Counted from the stretch's first letter, positions 1 to 9,783 are shown. The stretch: DNA of 64,000 nucleotides from Chthoniobacteraceae bacterium (GCA_031409655.1 JANNXQ010000012.1:1-64000), one strand, 5' to 3'. Numbers and translations: made by a program. Notes: a model not told the origin generated them from the sequence alone.

Positions 1-139
1 GCGCGGGCCCCTGTTCTGCTCTCCCCCCATATTTCCCCCAAACCCCACCCACAGGGCTTGTTGGCCCCCCACCCTGCTCTGGGGCCCCCCCCCCCCCGTG
101 GCGCCGGGGGGCGCCCCCCCGCCCCTGCTCCTTGGCGGT

Positions 140-940
140 TCACGGCAGTGGCACGAACGAAATTTTCCGCCGGGCAAAACGCGCCGTCTTTTCGTAGCCG
201 GCCTGTTTCGCCAGCGCGACGGCTTCGGCAAAGCCAGCGGTGAGTTCGCCCGGATCGTGCGAGTCGGAATTGATGAGCAGCGGCACCCCGGCCTCGCGCG
301 CGAGGGCGACGAACTCCGGCGCGGGATAGAGCTCCCGGCATTCCTTGCGGAGTCCGGCGGTATTGATCTCAAAGGCCACGCCGCACTCCGCCATCGCCAC
401 GATGGAGGGCTCGTAGAAACGCCGGAGATCGCCCTCCGGTCGGTAGCCGAATTTCTTCGGCAAATCGGGATGCCCGACGAAGTCGTAAAGACCACTCCGG
501 ATCGCCCGCTCATACGTCTGCCAATAGCTCGCCCAGATTTCGTCGGCGTTGTTCATGTGCCGGCGGAGATGCCGCGGGTTATCGATGTCCCAGCCTTCGG
601 GGATGTAGTGGACACTGCCGATGAAAAAATCCCAGTTCGCCAGCCCGGCGAGTTCCTCGATCCAAGCTTCGCGCCCGGCGATGTAGTCGCACTCCAGCCC
701 GAGCCGGATCGTGAGTTGCGGAAACTCGGCGCGCGCCCGCTCCACCTCATCGAGATAGCGGGGAAGGTCGTCGCGATGCATCCGCCATTCATCAAACTGC
801 TCCGCCATCGGATTGTGATCCGCAAAGCCGAGCTCGCCGAGCCCGAGATCCACGGCGCGGCGCGCGTATTCCACCGGCCAGCCCTTCGCATGATGGCAGA
901 GCGGGGTGTGAACGTGATAGTCAGCGAGCTGCGAAAGCAT
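140..940 (-). CDS. PHP-family phosphoesterase, HisJ/HisK-like histidinol-phosphatase
   Basis: PHP motifs DYHVHT, GFADH, GLECD, IGSVH, GHPDL, EINT, NSDSH. Start trimmed to ATG at 940 (MLSQLADYHVH). Confidence 0.85.
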   Translation of the reverse strand: MLSQLADYHVHTPLCHHAKGWPVEYARRAVDLGLGELGFADHNPMAEQFDEWRMHRDDLPRYLDEVERARAEFPQLTIRLGLECDYIAGREAWIEELAGLANWDFFIGSVHYIPEGWDIDNPRHLRRHMNNADEIWASYWQTYERAIRSGLYDFVGHPDLPKKFGYRPEGDLRRFYEPSIVAMAECGVAFEINTAGLRKECRELYPAPEFVALAREAGVPLLINSDSHDPGELTAGFAEAVALAKQAGYEKTARFARRKISFVPLP

Positions 941-998
941 CCCGACGCTTACCGCAAGCGAGCGGTCGCGGAACGGAAAAAATGCCGGCGTGGTGCGC

Positions 999-2594
999 TC
1001 AAGGTTTTGGTGGAGCGACGTCTGCGACGGGGAGTTCGTAGCAGGCGGCTTCGCGGTCATTGCGCACGAGGAGGTAGCGACCGGCGAGGGTGGGGAAATT
1101 CCACGTCTTGCTGCTCAACGCGTCGATCCGGCCAAGCTCGCGATAACTTTCGGGCTGAGCAGCGGCGAGATAGACGGGGCCGCGCTCGCTCTGGATGAGC
1201 AGCAGATCGCCTGCGAGCAGGCTTTGGCCGGCGCCGAAGCGACCGTCCTTCCATTTACGGTCGCCAGTGGCGAGATCCACGCAGGCGAGCCGGCCGTCAT
1301 CCAGGCCATAGACGTACCCGCCGAGGATTGCGGCGCTGTTAAATTGCGTCTTCATCCGCGGACTCCGCCAGAGCTCGGTGGCGGCGAGTTTGCCGTCGGC
1401 GGTCGCGGTGATTTTTGCGAGGCGCGCGCCCATGCCGTAGCCCGCGGAGACGAAGATCTGATCCGGCGCGATGACTAATGGCTGCGACGCCTTTGGCCAT
1501 TTGTCATCGCCCCAGCGATACGCGAGCAGCACCGTGCCGGTGGTGGGATCGTGGAAAGTCAGTGCGGCGGCATTGTTACTCAGGACGACGCGGCGTCCGG
1601 CCAGCGTCGCGAGGGTGGGGGACGCGTAGCTCGCTCTGTCCTGCCCGGCTTTCCACAAGGGCTCGCCGGTTTCGCGCTGATAGGCGAAGAGCACTGGACC
1701 CTCCGTCGTGCCCGCCGTGACGACGACCCGATCGTCGAAGACGAGCGGCGATGCGCTCATGCCCCACTCGAGGTTCCCGCGCCCATTTTCCCTGAGCACC
1801 GAGCGCGTCCAGACGAGCTGGCCCGTCTGCGCATCGAGGCAATTCAGAATGCCCGTGGCGCCGCAGGAAAAGACGCGGCCATCCACGACGGTCGGTGTCG
1901 CGCGCGGACCTTCCCCACCTTGCCACTGAAAAAAGCGGGCGTGATCGGCATGGGCCCACAGCAACTTGCCGGTGAAGAGATCGTAGCAGGTGACGAGTTC
2001 CTCCTCGCCGCGCTGCTCCTGAGTAAAGGCGCGTCCCCCGACGACCGCATAGCCTGACCACGCGGCCCCGATCGGTTGCCGCCAGAGTTCGCGCGGCGGA
2101 TTCGTCTGCCAATCCGGCGCGAGGCGTGTGCCGGTGATGCTCCCATCGCGACTCGACCCGAAGAACTGCGAGGCGTCCGCAGCTTGCGCGAGCCGGGGAT
2201 CATTGATCGGCGCGGCGGCGGTGGCGGGCGGCGGGAGCGTCGCGAGTTGCGGCGCACTCTTGGCCTGCCAGCGCCCGACGAAGTTTGGCAGCCCGCTCCC
2301 GCCCACGGTGCCATCGACCAGCAGCAGACTCCTCGCGCCGCCGACCAGCGCGATGAAGCCAAGCAGGCCGCCGAGCCGGGTGCGCCAGGAGAATCGCGGG
2401 GTGAAAAGAAACCAGAGGAGATTCAGCAGCAGGACGAGCAACGCAACACTGGCCGTAATCCATGCCTTGAGATTGCCATCGAGCTCCGGCTGCAGCCGCG
2501 CGGAGAGGATGCCGACTGCGCCGAGGGCGCAGGTGGCGATGGGAAACCAAGGGAGGCGGCGAGCGGATCGCGCGGAAGGGCTGGCCGGAGTCAC
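999..2594 (-). CDS. Membrane-anchored PQQ-binding-like (BamB-like) beta-propeller protein
   Basis: Three N-terminal hydrophobic helices followed by propeller blades (LWRQPIG..WS, GPRATP, G.L.CLDAQTG..VW, YASP, TWNFP). Confidence 0.8.
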   Translation of the reverse strand: MTPASPSARSARRLPWFPIATCALGAVGILSARLQPELDGNLKAWITASVALLVLLLNLLWFLFTPRFSWRTRLGGLLGFIALVGGARSLLLVDGTVGGSGLPNFVGRWQAKSAPQLATLPPPATAAAPINDPRLAQAADASQFFGSSRDGSITGTRLAPDWQTNPPRELWRQPIGAAWSGYAVVGGRAFTQEQRGEEELVTCYDLFTGKLLWAHADHARFFQWQGGEGPRATPTVVDGRVFSCGATGILNCLDAQTGQLVWTRSVLRENGRGNLEWGMSASPLVFDDRVVVTAGTTEGPVLFAYQRETGEPLWKAGQDRASYASPTLATLAGRRVVLSNNAAALTFHDPTTGTVLLAYRWGDDKWPKASQPLVIAPDQIFVSAGYGMGARLAKITATADGKLAATELWRSPRMKTQFNSAAILGGYVYGLDDGRLACVDLATGDRKWKDGRFGAGQSLLAGDLLLIQSERGPVYLAAAQPESYRELGRIDALSSKTWNFPTLAGRYLLVRNDREAACYELPVADVAPPKP

Positions 2595-2598
2595 GGAT

Positions 2599-4731
2599 TC
2601 AAGCTGGGCGGTGCGCCACTTTCACGCGCGGAAACTTCTGCCGCACGGGCGCGGACTTGCGCACGGACTTCGATTCTCCGAGCGCGAGCGCCATGAATTC
2701 ATCCTGGCTGTTCACCCGCTTGCTTTCCTTTTTCACCGGCGGGGTCGAGTAGCGGCCTTCGGCGTCGAGGATGCTCGCCTGCACGTTGTCGGCGAGTTGC
2801 AGCGTGAGGATTTGCTGCACGATGCGTTCGCGCAGGATGGGATCCTCGACGGGGAAGACGACTTCGATGCGGCGGTGGAAATTTCGCGGCATCCAATCCG
2901 CGCTACCGATGTAGAGCTGTGGTGAACCCGCGCCTTCAAAGTAGAAAATGCGGCTGTGCTCCAGGTAGCGACCGACGATGGAACGCACCGTGATATTTTC
3001 GCTCACTCCGGGCAGGCCCGGCCGCAGACAGCAGATGCCGCGGATGATGAGATCGATCTTCACCCCGGCCTGGGAGGCGCGGTAGAGCGCGGCGATGGCG
3101 TCCTCATCCACCAGCGAATTCATCTTCGCGATGATCCGTGCGGGCTGGCCACTGCGCGCGATTTCCGCCTCTCGCTCGATGAGTTTGAGCATCGTCTTGT
3201 GGACGGTGAAGGGCGCGATGAGGAGCTTGCTCGCGCCTTGGAACTGGCAGATGCCGGTGAGCAGATTGAAGAAGTTTGTGGCGTCTTCACCGAAGTCGGC
3301 ATGGGACGTGAAGAGGCTGAGGTCGGTGTAAATACGGGCGGTGCTCGGGTTGTAGTTGCCGGTGCCGAGGTGCAGGTAGCGGCGCAGGCCATCGTCATCG
3401 CGGCGGACGACGAGCGTCACCTTGGCGTGTACTTTGTAATTCACGATGCCATAGACGACATGCACGCCGGCGTCCTCGAGTTTGCGCGCCCACTGGATGT
3501 TGTTCGCTTCGTCGAAGCGCGCCTTCAATTCCGTGACCGCGGTGACCTGCTTCCCGTTTTTCACCGCATTCATCAGCGCGCCGACGATCCGCGGATCGCC
3601 GCCGGTGCGATAGAGCGTCTGCTTGATCGCGAGGACGTGGGGATCGTGCGCGGCTTGTTCGAGAAAATCGACGACACTGCTGAAGTTCTCGTAAGGATGA
3701 TGCACGAGCACATCCCGCTGGCGGATGACGGAGAAGATGTCCGTGGCATCGCGAAAGGCGGGCGCGACGGGCGGGACGAAGGGCTTGTCGCGCAGATCAG
3801 GCGAGTGATCGCCCTCGTAGATGGCCATGAGCCGCACGGGATTCAGCGGGCCATTGATCAAATAGAGATCCTCTGGGGTGAGATCGAGCGTCTCGAGGAG
3901 CTGCTGGTAGATTTCCGGCGGGCAGTGGTGGGCGATTTCGAGCCGGACGGCGGCCCCTTTGCGGCGATTGTGCAGCTCGTGTTCGACGGCCTTGAGCAGA
4001 TTCCCCACGTCCTCCTCGTCGATGTAGAGCTCGCCATTCCGCGTCACGCGAAAGTGCCAGAAGCCGAGGATTTTTGTGCCCGGGAAAATGTCCGCGAGAA
4101 AGTGCCCGATGAGGTAGCCGAGGTAGATGTAGTCGCGCCGTTCGTCCTCGCGGGGCAGTCGCACCAGGCGCGGCAGCGCGCGCGGCACCTGCACCACGGC
4201 GAGCCGGCGCTGGGTCTCGCCATTTCGCTCAATGTCGAGCTGCACGACGATGTTCAGCGACTTATTCAGGAGCTGCGGAAACGGATGTGCCGGATCGATC
4301 CCAAGCGGCGTGAGCACCGGACGCACCAGCGCGCGATAGTATTTCTCCGCCCAAGCCCGGTCCTCAGGGTCGAGATCTTTATAGTCCAGAATCCGGATCT
4401 CCTCTTTCGCCAAGGCTGGGACCAACTCCTCGCGCCAGCAGCGGTACTGCTGATCGATCATCGCCAGAACCCGTTTCCGGATCGCCCGGAAGGTGGAACT
4501 CGCCGTCCGTCCATCGAGGCTGCGCTCCACCACGTTGCTCTCGATCTGCTGCTTCAAACCCGCCACGCGCACTTCGAAAAACTCATCGAGGTTCGTGCTC
4601 GTGATGACAAAAAACTTCAGCCGCTCGAGGAGAGGATTTGCCGGATCAAGCGCCTCATCGAGCACGCGCTGGTCAAATTCGAGCCAACTGAGTTCGCGCC
4701 CGAGGAAATGCTGTGTGGTAAAGTTTTTCAT
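2599..4731 (-). CDS. ppk1: Polyphosphate kinase 1
   Basis: RELSWLEF, NLDEFFEVRVAGL, HPFP, HHPY, ELKARFDE, KVHAK, GTGNYN, RSIVGRYLEHSRI, GSADWMPRN; 710 aa. Confidence 0.97.
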   Translation of the reverse strand: MKNFTTQHFLGRELSWLEFDQRVLDEALDPANPLLERLKFFVITSTNLDEFFEVRVAGLKQQIESNVVERSLDGRTASSTFRAIRKRVLAMIDQQYRCWREELVPALAKEEIRILDYKDLDPEDRAWAEKYYRALVRPVLTPLGIDPAHPFPQLLNKSLNIVVQLDIERNGETQRRLAVVQVPRALPRLVRLPREDERRDYIYLGYLIGHFLADIFPGTKILGFWHFRVTRNGELYIDEEDVGNLLKAVEHELHNRRKGAAVRLEIAHHCPPEIYQQLLETLDLTPEDLYLINGPLNPVRLMAIYEGDHSPDLRDKPFVPPVAPAFRDATDIFSVIRQRDVLVHHPYENFSSVVDFLEQAAHDPHVLAIKQTLYRTGGDPRIVGALMNAVKNGKQVTAVTELKARFDEANNIQWARKLEDAGVHVVYGIVNYKVHAKVTLVVRRDDDGLRRYLHLGTGNYNPSTARIYTDLSLFTSHADFGEDATNFFNLLTGICQFQGASKLLIAPFTVHKTMLKLIEREAEIARSGQPARIIAKMNSLVDEDAIAALYRASQAGVKIDLIIRGICCLRPGLPGVSENITVRSIVGRYLEHSRIFYFEGAGSPQLYIGSADWMPRNFHRRIEVVFPVEDPILRERIVQQILTLQLADNVQASILDAEGRYSTPPVKKESKRVNSQDEFMALALGESKSVRKSAPVRQKFPRVKVAHRPA

Positions 4732-4892
4732 GCGAGATGCCGGAACCTAGGAGAGCGCCGGGTGCGGGGCCAAGCTACAAAGCACCTCTGGCAGGGATGG
4801 TGATCTGCGCATTGCCGCCCCCCGCCGCAACACCCCTCGCTCGCGGGGAGGAGGCAACTGCGCGGATCGCCGGTGGTCTTCCTGCCGGCCCG

Positions 4893-7736
4893 CTATTGGC
4901 AGGCCTCGCAGGTGCCCCCGTTGCGCATGGCTTCTATCGAGCACGACGCCTTTTCCTCATCCGTGAACTCACGCTTGGCGGCGGGTTCGGCGGCTTTGCG
5001 GTCGCGGTGGGCGTTGTCGATGGCGCTCTTATTCAGGGTGCGGAGGTAGTAGGTGGTCTTCAGGCCGCGCTCCCAGGCTTCGCGATACATGAAGCTGGCG
5101 GTGCGCGCGTCACTTTCGGCGAGCCAGAGGTTCGTGCTCTGCGCCTGGTCGATCCACTTTTGGCGGACGGCGGCGCATTGCAGGATCCACGTCGGCTGGA
5201 TTTCAAAGGCCGTCTTGTAGAGGCGCTTCAGTTCCGCCGGAATGCGCTCGATGCCTTGCACCGAACCGTCGAAGTACTTCAAGTCCGCGAGCATTTCTTC
5301 GTCCCACAGGCCACGCTTTTGCAGGTCGCGGAGGAGGTGGTCGTTCGTGCGGATGAATTCGCCGCTGATATTCGACTTGGTGTGGATGTGTTTATAAGTC
5401 GGCTCGATGCATGGGGTGCAGCCGAGGATGTTTGAAATGGTCGCGGTCGGTGCGATGGCGAGGCAGTTGGAGTTGCGCATGCCTTGCCTGGCGATGCGTT
5501 CGCGGAGGCTATCCCAATCGAGGCGTGATTTGCGATCCACGAGGATCGGGAGGCCGCGCTCCACTTCGAGTAAGTTCAGGGTATCCAGCGGTAACAAGCC
5601 ACGGCTCCACTTCGATCCTGCGTAACTCGGATAAGCGCCGCGTTCCGCGGCCAGTTCGCTGCTCGCGGTGAAAGCGTGGTAGGCGATGGCTTCCAAGGCT
5701 TCGTCGTTGAAATCCACGGCTTCCGCGGTGTCGAAGGCGATGCCTTTGTCGTAGAGCGCATCTTGCAAGCCCATGACCCCGAGACCGACAGGGCGATGCT
5801 TGAGGTTCGAACTCTCCGCTGCTTCGACCGGATAGAAGTTTAGGTCGATCACGTTATCGAGCATCCGCATGAGCACGGTGATCGTCTCGCGCAGGCGATC
5901 GTGATCCAAGGAGCCATCAGGCCGCAGATGCGCGGCGATGTTCACACTCGCGAGATTGCAGACGGCCACTTCATCGGAGGAGGTGTTGAGTTCGATTTCC
6001 GTGCAGAGGTTCGAGTTGTGAATCACCCCAGCGTGATCCTGCGGATTGCGGACATTGGCGGGATCTTTCCAGGTCATCCATGGGTGGCCGGTTTCAAAAA
6101 GCATCTCCAGCATCCGCTTCCAAAGCGCGAGCACGCGCACCTTGCGGCCCCAGATTTTTCCTTCGTCCACCATGCGCTCGTATTCTTCGTAGCGGACCTC
6201 AAAGGCGCGGCCATACAACTCGGGGAGATCACGGACGTCGCTGGTGCGGAGTAACGTCCAGTTGGCATCCTTCGGCAGCACGCCTTCGGAGATCGCCTTG
6301 AGTCGTTTCATGAAGACATCGGGAATCCAATGCGCGGTGTTCATGTTATGCGTACGCCGGCGGTCGTCCCCCGTCTCCTTGCGCAGATCGAGGAAGTCTT
6401 CGATGTCCGCGTGCCACAGTTCGAGATACGAGCACAGGGCGCCGGGCCGTTTGCCACCTTGATTCACGGCGATGGCGATATCATTCGAAACTTTGAGGAA
6501 AGGGATGACGCCGGAGCTTTGCCCGTTGGTCCCATGAATGTGCGCGCCGGCTCCGCGGATGCCTGTCCACGAGCACCCGAGACCGCCTGCCCATTTCGAG
6601 AGATGCGAGAAGCGCCGCCACGTCTCGGTGATCTCCTCGATGCTGTCGCCACAGTAGAGCAGGTAGCAGCTCGAGAGTTGCGAATGCATCGTGCCGGAAT
6701 TGAAGAGCGTCGGCGTCGAGGAGCAGGCGCGGCGGGACTTGTAGATCGTGTAAAATTCCGCCGCCCGCGCTTCGCGCTCCTTCTCCCGCATGGCAAGCCC
6801 CATGGCTACTCGGAGCCAGAAGATTTGCGGGGCTTCGAGACGCACCTTCCGACTGGTCACCGTGTCGGTGTCATGGATCAGGTAACGATCGTACAAGGTC
6901 TGGATCCCGATGAAGTCAAACTGGAGGTCCGCAAAGGGATCGAGTGCGGTCGCGAGCTTCGCGAGATCGAATTCCGCCATGCGCGGATCCAGTCGGCGGA
7001 GCGCGATGCCTTTCGGGATATAGGCTAGGAAGGCCTTGCGGTGCGCTTCTTTCAAGGCTTGCGGACCATCGGCGACTTTCCACGGCAGCGTCTCTTCGTA
7101 GATATAGCTGAGGAGGATGCGAGCGGCGAAGAAGCGCGCATCGGCATCGAGGTCGAGGAGCGAGCGGGCATTGAGCACGATGGTGTCGCGCCGCTCGGCA
7201 TCCGTGAGGTGCAGCGAGGTGCTGCGGAGCAGCCGCGCCAGAAGATCGTCGTCCGGCAGAGCCAGTTCGAGGCCGATCTTCGCGAAGGAAATGCGCGCCC
7301 GGATGTCCGCGAGTTGCTCGCGGGTCGCCAGTTCCATCTGGGTGTCGTCGCTGACTACCTGGCCGCCTTGCGCACGTTCCGCGGCTCGCTGCATGCGATA
7401 CTTCGCATAAGCCAGCGCCACCCGCGGATGCCCGATCTCGATCAGGGTCTCCTCCACGAGATCCTGCAATTGCTCGATATGCACATAGCTGGGGCGCTCG
7501 CGCCGCATCCGGAATTCAATCTCCGCCTGCACCTGCCGCCCGATGTTCTCCTCCTGCCCCTCCACAAAACAAGCGGCCGCCACGGCGCGCGCGATTTTAT
7601 GCCCAAGCCACGAAACCACGCGTGGCTTGCCGGAAGTATCACCCGGAAGATCGCGCCGAATCACGCGGGGTAGATCGGTGGGTTCGGCTGCGAAGGTTTC
7701 GTTGGAGAGGGAGAAGGGAGCGGTGGTGGTAGTCAT
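4893..7736 (-). CDS. nrdA: Class I ribonucleoside-diphosphate reductase alpha subunit with N-terminal ATP-cone(s)
   Basis: STPTLFN, SSCYL, NSNLCTEI (Asn/Cys/Glu catalytic triad), VCNLAS, APTATIS, TTYY radical-relay pair, C-terminal C-x9-CEAC tail. Confidence 0.96.
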   Translation of the reverse strand: MTTTTAPFSLSNETFAAEPTDLPRVIRRDLPGDTSGKPRVVSWLGHKIARAVAAACFVEGQEENIGRQVQAEIEFRMRRERPSYVHIEQLQDLVEETLIEIGHPRVALAYAKYRMQRAAERAQGGQVVSDDTQMELATREQLADIRARISFAKIGLELALPDDDLLARLLRSTSLHLTDAERRDTIVLNARSLLDLDADARFFAARILLSYIYEETLPWKVADGPQALKEAHRKAFLAYIPKGIALRRLDPRMAEFDLAKLATALDPFADLQFDFIGIQTLYDRYLIHDTDTVTSRKVRLEAPQIFWLRVAMGLAMREKEREARAAEFYTIYKSRRACSSTPTLFNSGTMHSQLSSCYLLYCGDSIEEITETWRRFSHLSKWAGGLGCSWTGIRGAGAHIHGTNGQSSGVIPFLKVSNDIAIAVNQGGKRPGALCSYLELWHADIEDFLDLRKETGDDRRRTHNMNTAHWIPDVFMKRLKAISEGVLPKDANWTLLRTSDVRDLPELYGRAFEVRYEEYERMVDEGKIWGRKVRVLALWKRMLEMLFETGHPWMTWKDPANVRNPQDHAGVIHNSNLCTEIELNTSSDEVAVCNLASVNIAAHLRPDGSLDHDRLRETITVLMRMLDNVIDLNFYPVEAAESSNLKHRPVGLGVMGLQDALYDKGIAFDTAEAVDFNDEALEAIAYHAFTASSELAAERGAYPSYAGSKWSRGLLPLDTLNLLEVERGLPILVDRKSRLDWDSLRERIARQGMRNSNCLAIAPTATISNILGCTPCIEPTYKHIHTKSNISGEFIRTNDHLLRDLQKRGLWDEEMLADLKYFDGSVQGIERIPAELKRLYKTAFEIQPTWILQCAAVRQKWIDQAQSTNLWLAESDARTASFMYREAWERGLKTTYYLRTLNKSAIDNAHRDRKAAEPAAKREFTDEEKASCSIEAMRNGGTCEACQ

Positions 7737-7758
7737 CAGTGCAGAGAGGCGGGGAGGG

Positions 7759-8328
7759 TTAGAGTCGAGGAACAGTGATGCCGCGCTGGGCTTGGTATTT
7801 GCCGCCGCGTTCGGCGTAGCTCGTTTCGCAAGGCTCGGCTGCGGCGAGGAAGAGCACTTGGGCGAGACCTTCGCCGGCGTAGATGCGGGCGGGCAGGGGA
7901 GTGGTATTGGAAATTTCCAGGGTCACGTGCCCTTCCCACTCGGGCTCAAAGGGCGTCACGTTCACAATGATCCCGCAGCGGGCATAGGTGCTCTTGCCGA
8001 CACACAGCGTGAGCACATCGCGCGGGATGCGGAAATACTCGATGCTGCGGGCAAGCGCGAAAGAGTTTGGGGGCACCAAGCAGGAATCCCCCTGCATATC
8101 GACGAACGAACGATCGTCGAAATGCTTCGGATCGACGACCGCATTGTACACATTGGTAAAGACCTTAAACTCATCCGCCACCCGCAAGTCATAACCATAA
8201 CTCGAAAGCCCGTAACTAATCACTGACCCACCGGCGGCATTGCGCCGCACCAGGCCGTCCTCGAAAGGCTCGATCATGCCATGGTCCTTCGCCATCCGGC
8301 GAATCCAGGTATCTGCGTGGATGCCCAT
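7759..8328 (-). CDS. dcd: dCTP deaminase
   Basis: [40 protein letters not shown] motifs; 189 aa. Confidence 0.95.
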   Translation of the reverse strand: MGIHADTWIRRMAKDHGMIEPFEDGLVRRNAAGGSVISYGLSSYGYDLRVADEFKVFTNVYNAVVDPKHFDDRSFVDMQGDSCLVPPNSFALARSIEYFRIPRDVLTLCVGKSTYARCGIIVNVTPFEPEWEGHVTLEISNTTPLPARIYAGEGLAQVLFLAAAEPCETSYAERGGKYQAQRGITVPRL

Positions 8329-8337
8329 CAGGAAGCC

Positions 8338-9519
8338 TTAGATCAGGTCGTCTTCCGCGGCGTTCGTCACTGAACCGCTCGTCTGATACTCGGTGACCCG
8401 GGTCTCAAAGAAGTTCTTTTCCTTGCGCAGAAAGATCACCTCGTCCAGCCACGCGAAAGGATTCGTCCGCACGGTCGAGAGGGTCGGAAGGTTGAGCCCA
8501 GCGAGTCGCCGATCCGCATTGTATTCCACATAAGTCAGGAAATCCCGCTGGGTCATCCCGACGCCGTCTTCGGGGAGGCAATCCCGGACGAACTCTTTCT
8601 CCAGCTCCACACCTTCACGCATGAATTCCACGAGTTCCGCACGAAACTCCGGGGTCCAGAGGTCGGGATTCTCGGCGATGAGCTGGGAGAGGATGTACCG
8701 TCCCAGTTCGATGTGGTTCGACTCGTCGCGCAGGGTGTATTGAAACATCTGCCCGATGCCCGTCATCTTATTCTGCCGGTGGAGCGACAGGATCATCGCG
8801 AAGAGCGCGTAGAACTGCGTCCCCTCCATGACTTGCGTAATGCCAAAGATGGCCTTGGCGAATTTCTGTTTGTTCACCGTCTGCGTAAGATCCAGACCCA
8901 TCTTCAACTCCGGCATCTGACGGGTGATGAAGGCGTTCTTTTTTTGCACACTCGGGATATCGCTGAACTTTGCCGTCACTTCGTCCAGATCGATGTTCAA
9001 CGATCCGATGATGTGCAGCAGCGAATCCATGTGAATGCTTTCCTCCGCGATGTGCCGCAACGACGCATGCTTCAGTTCCGCCGCCGTTAGGTTGTCCTCG
9101 ATCACGTGCAGCACGGAATCCCCCACGATGCCCTCCGCGGCCGAAAAGTAACCCACTCCCATCTCGATGATCCACCGCTCCTTCGCCGTCAGAACGCCGG
9201 TATTCCACTGCTGCGAATCCCGCGTCATATCGATCACGTCCGGCTCCCAGTGATTCGCCTTCATCTGCTTATAGATGCGGTAGGCCTCGTGATACTTCAG
9301 CGGCAGGATGTTCAATTCCGCGCTCCGCTGGCCATTGATCACTCGCTTGCCCGCCAGACGCGCCCGCGCCTTGGCTTTGTCGAGACGGAAAGTTTTCGTC
9401 CCCATCTGATACACCACGAAATCGCCCTGTTCGCGCGCCGTCAGATCCACATCCGTAAACGTGAGCGCATCGGCGGGGACGGTGGTTGGAGCCATGGGTT
9501 CGAGGAGATCAGTGGTCAT
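8338..9519 (-). CDS. nrdB: Ribonucleotide reductase beta subunit, class Ic (R2c, Mn/Fe-type) signature
   Basis: Ferritin-like ligands E129, E160/H163 (EESIH), E232 (EGxxFY), E266/H269 (RDESNH). C-terminal KNFFETRVTEY. Leu167 replaces the radical Tyr and Glu129 replaces the first-ligand Asp. Confidence 0.92.
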   Translation of the reverse strand: MTTDLLEPMAPTTVPADALTFTDVDLTAREQGDFVVYQMGTKTFRLDKAKARARLAGKRVINGQRSAELNILPLKYHEAYRIYKQMKANHWEPDVIDMTRDSQQWNTGVLTAKERWIIEMGVGYFSAAEGIVGDSVLHVIEDNLTAAELKHASLRHIAEESIHMDSLLHIIGSLNIDLDEVTAKFSDIPSVQKKNAFITRQMPELKMGLDLTQTVNKQKFAKAIFGITQVMEGTQFYALFAMILSLHRQNKMTGIGQMFQYTLRDESNHIELGRYILSQLIAENPDLWTPEFRAELVEFMREGVELEKEFVRDCLPEDGVGMTQRDFLTYVEYNADRRLAGLNLPTLSTVRTNPFAWLDEVIFLRKEKNFFETRVTEYQTSGSVTNAAEDDLI

Positions 9520-9783
9520 CGGGATCGGATTCTTGTTGGTGGTTGGAAAAATTCTTTGGCTCTCACGCGCCAGCGGGTGAGCCAGGACTCGCGGCTAGCA
9601 AACGTCCGGGCGAAAAAACGCCCTCGGAATTTGCCCCCGCACGATGAGGAAAACCGAAGGCTGCGGTGCGCTCAGCGCTGGAGTCAGCGCCACGCGATTC
9701 AGACGGTCAGATATTCCCATCCGGTCGTTGGCGCGACCGTGGTTTTAGCCCCGCAAAGCGGAGCGATGACGCTTGGCGAAAAA

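Noticed and set aside
1..139. C-run-rich low-complexity stretch (G-quadruplex-like on the minus strand)
   Set aside because: It lies at the very start of the window with irregular homopolymers unlike the rest of the sequence; most likely degraded contig-end or poly-G sequencing artefact.
999..2594. PQQ-dependent dehydrogenase or true BamB
   Set aside because: Only the generic propeller repeats are visible; there is no lipobox or dehydrogenase catalytic motif, and such paralogs are abundant in PVC genomes.
2956..4803. 615-aa plus-strand ORF (and similar long ORFs at 11439-13145, 27175-29403, 35815-38082, 40072-42303, 52682-54220, 56782-58275)
   Set aside because: Antisense shadows of well-supported genes, expected in high-GC DNA; no recognisable motifs.
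8338..9519. Alternative reading of NrdB as R2lox or metal-free class Ie
   Set aside because: All six metal ligands are present (class Ie loses several), and the C-terminal NFFE...EY radical-transfer tail plus linkage to nrdA argue against R2lox.
9595..9720. 41-codon minus-strand uORF in the nrd leader (MGISDRLNRV...)
   Set aside because: No RBS or informative composition; it overlaps hairpins better explained as riboswitch expression platform.
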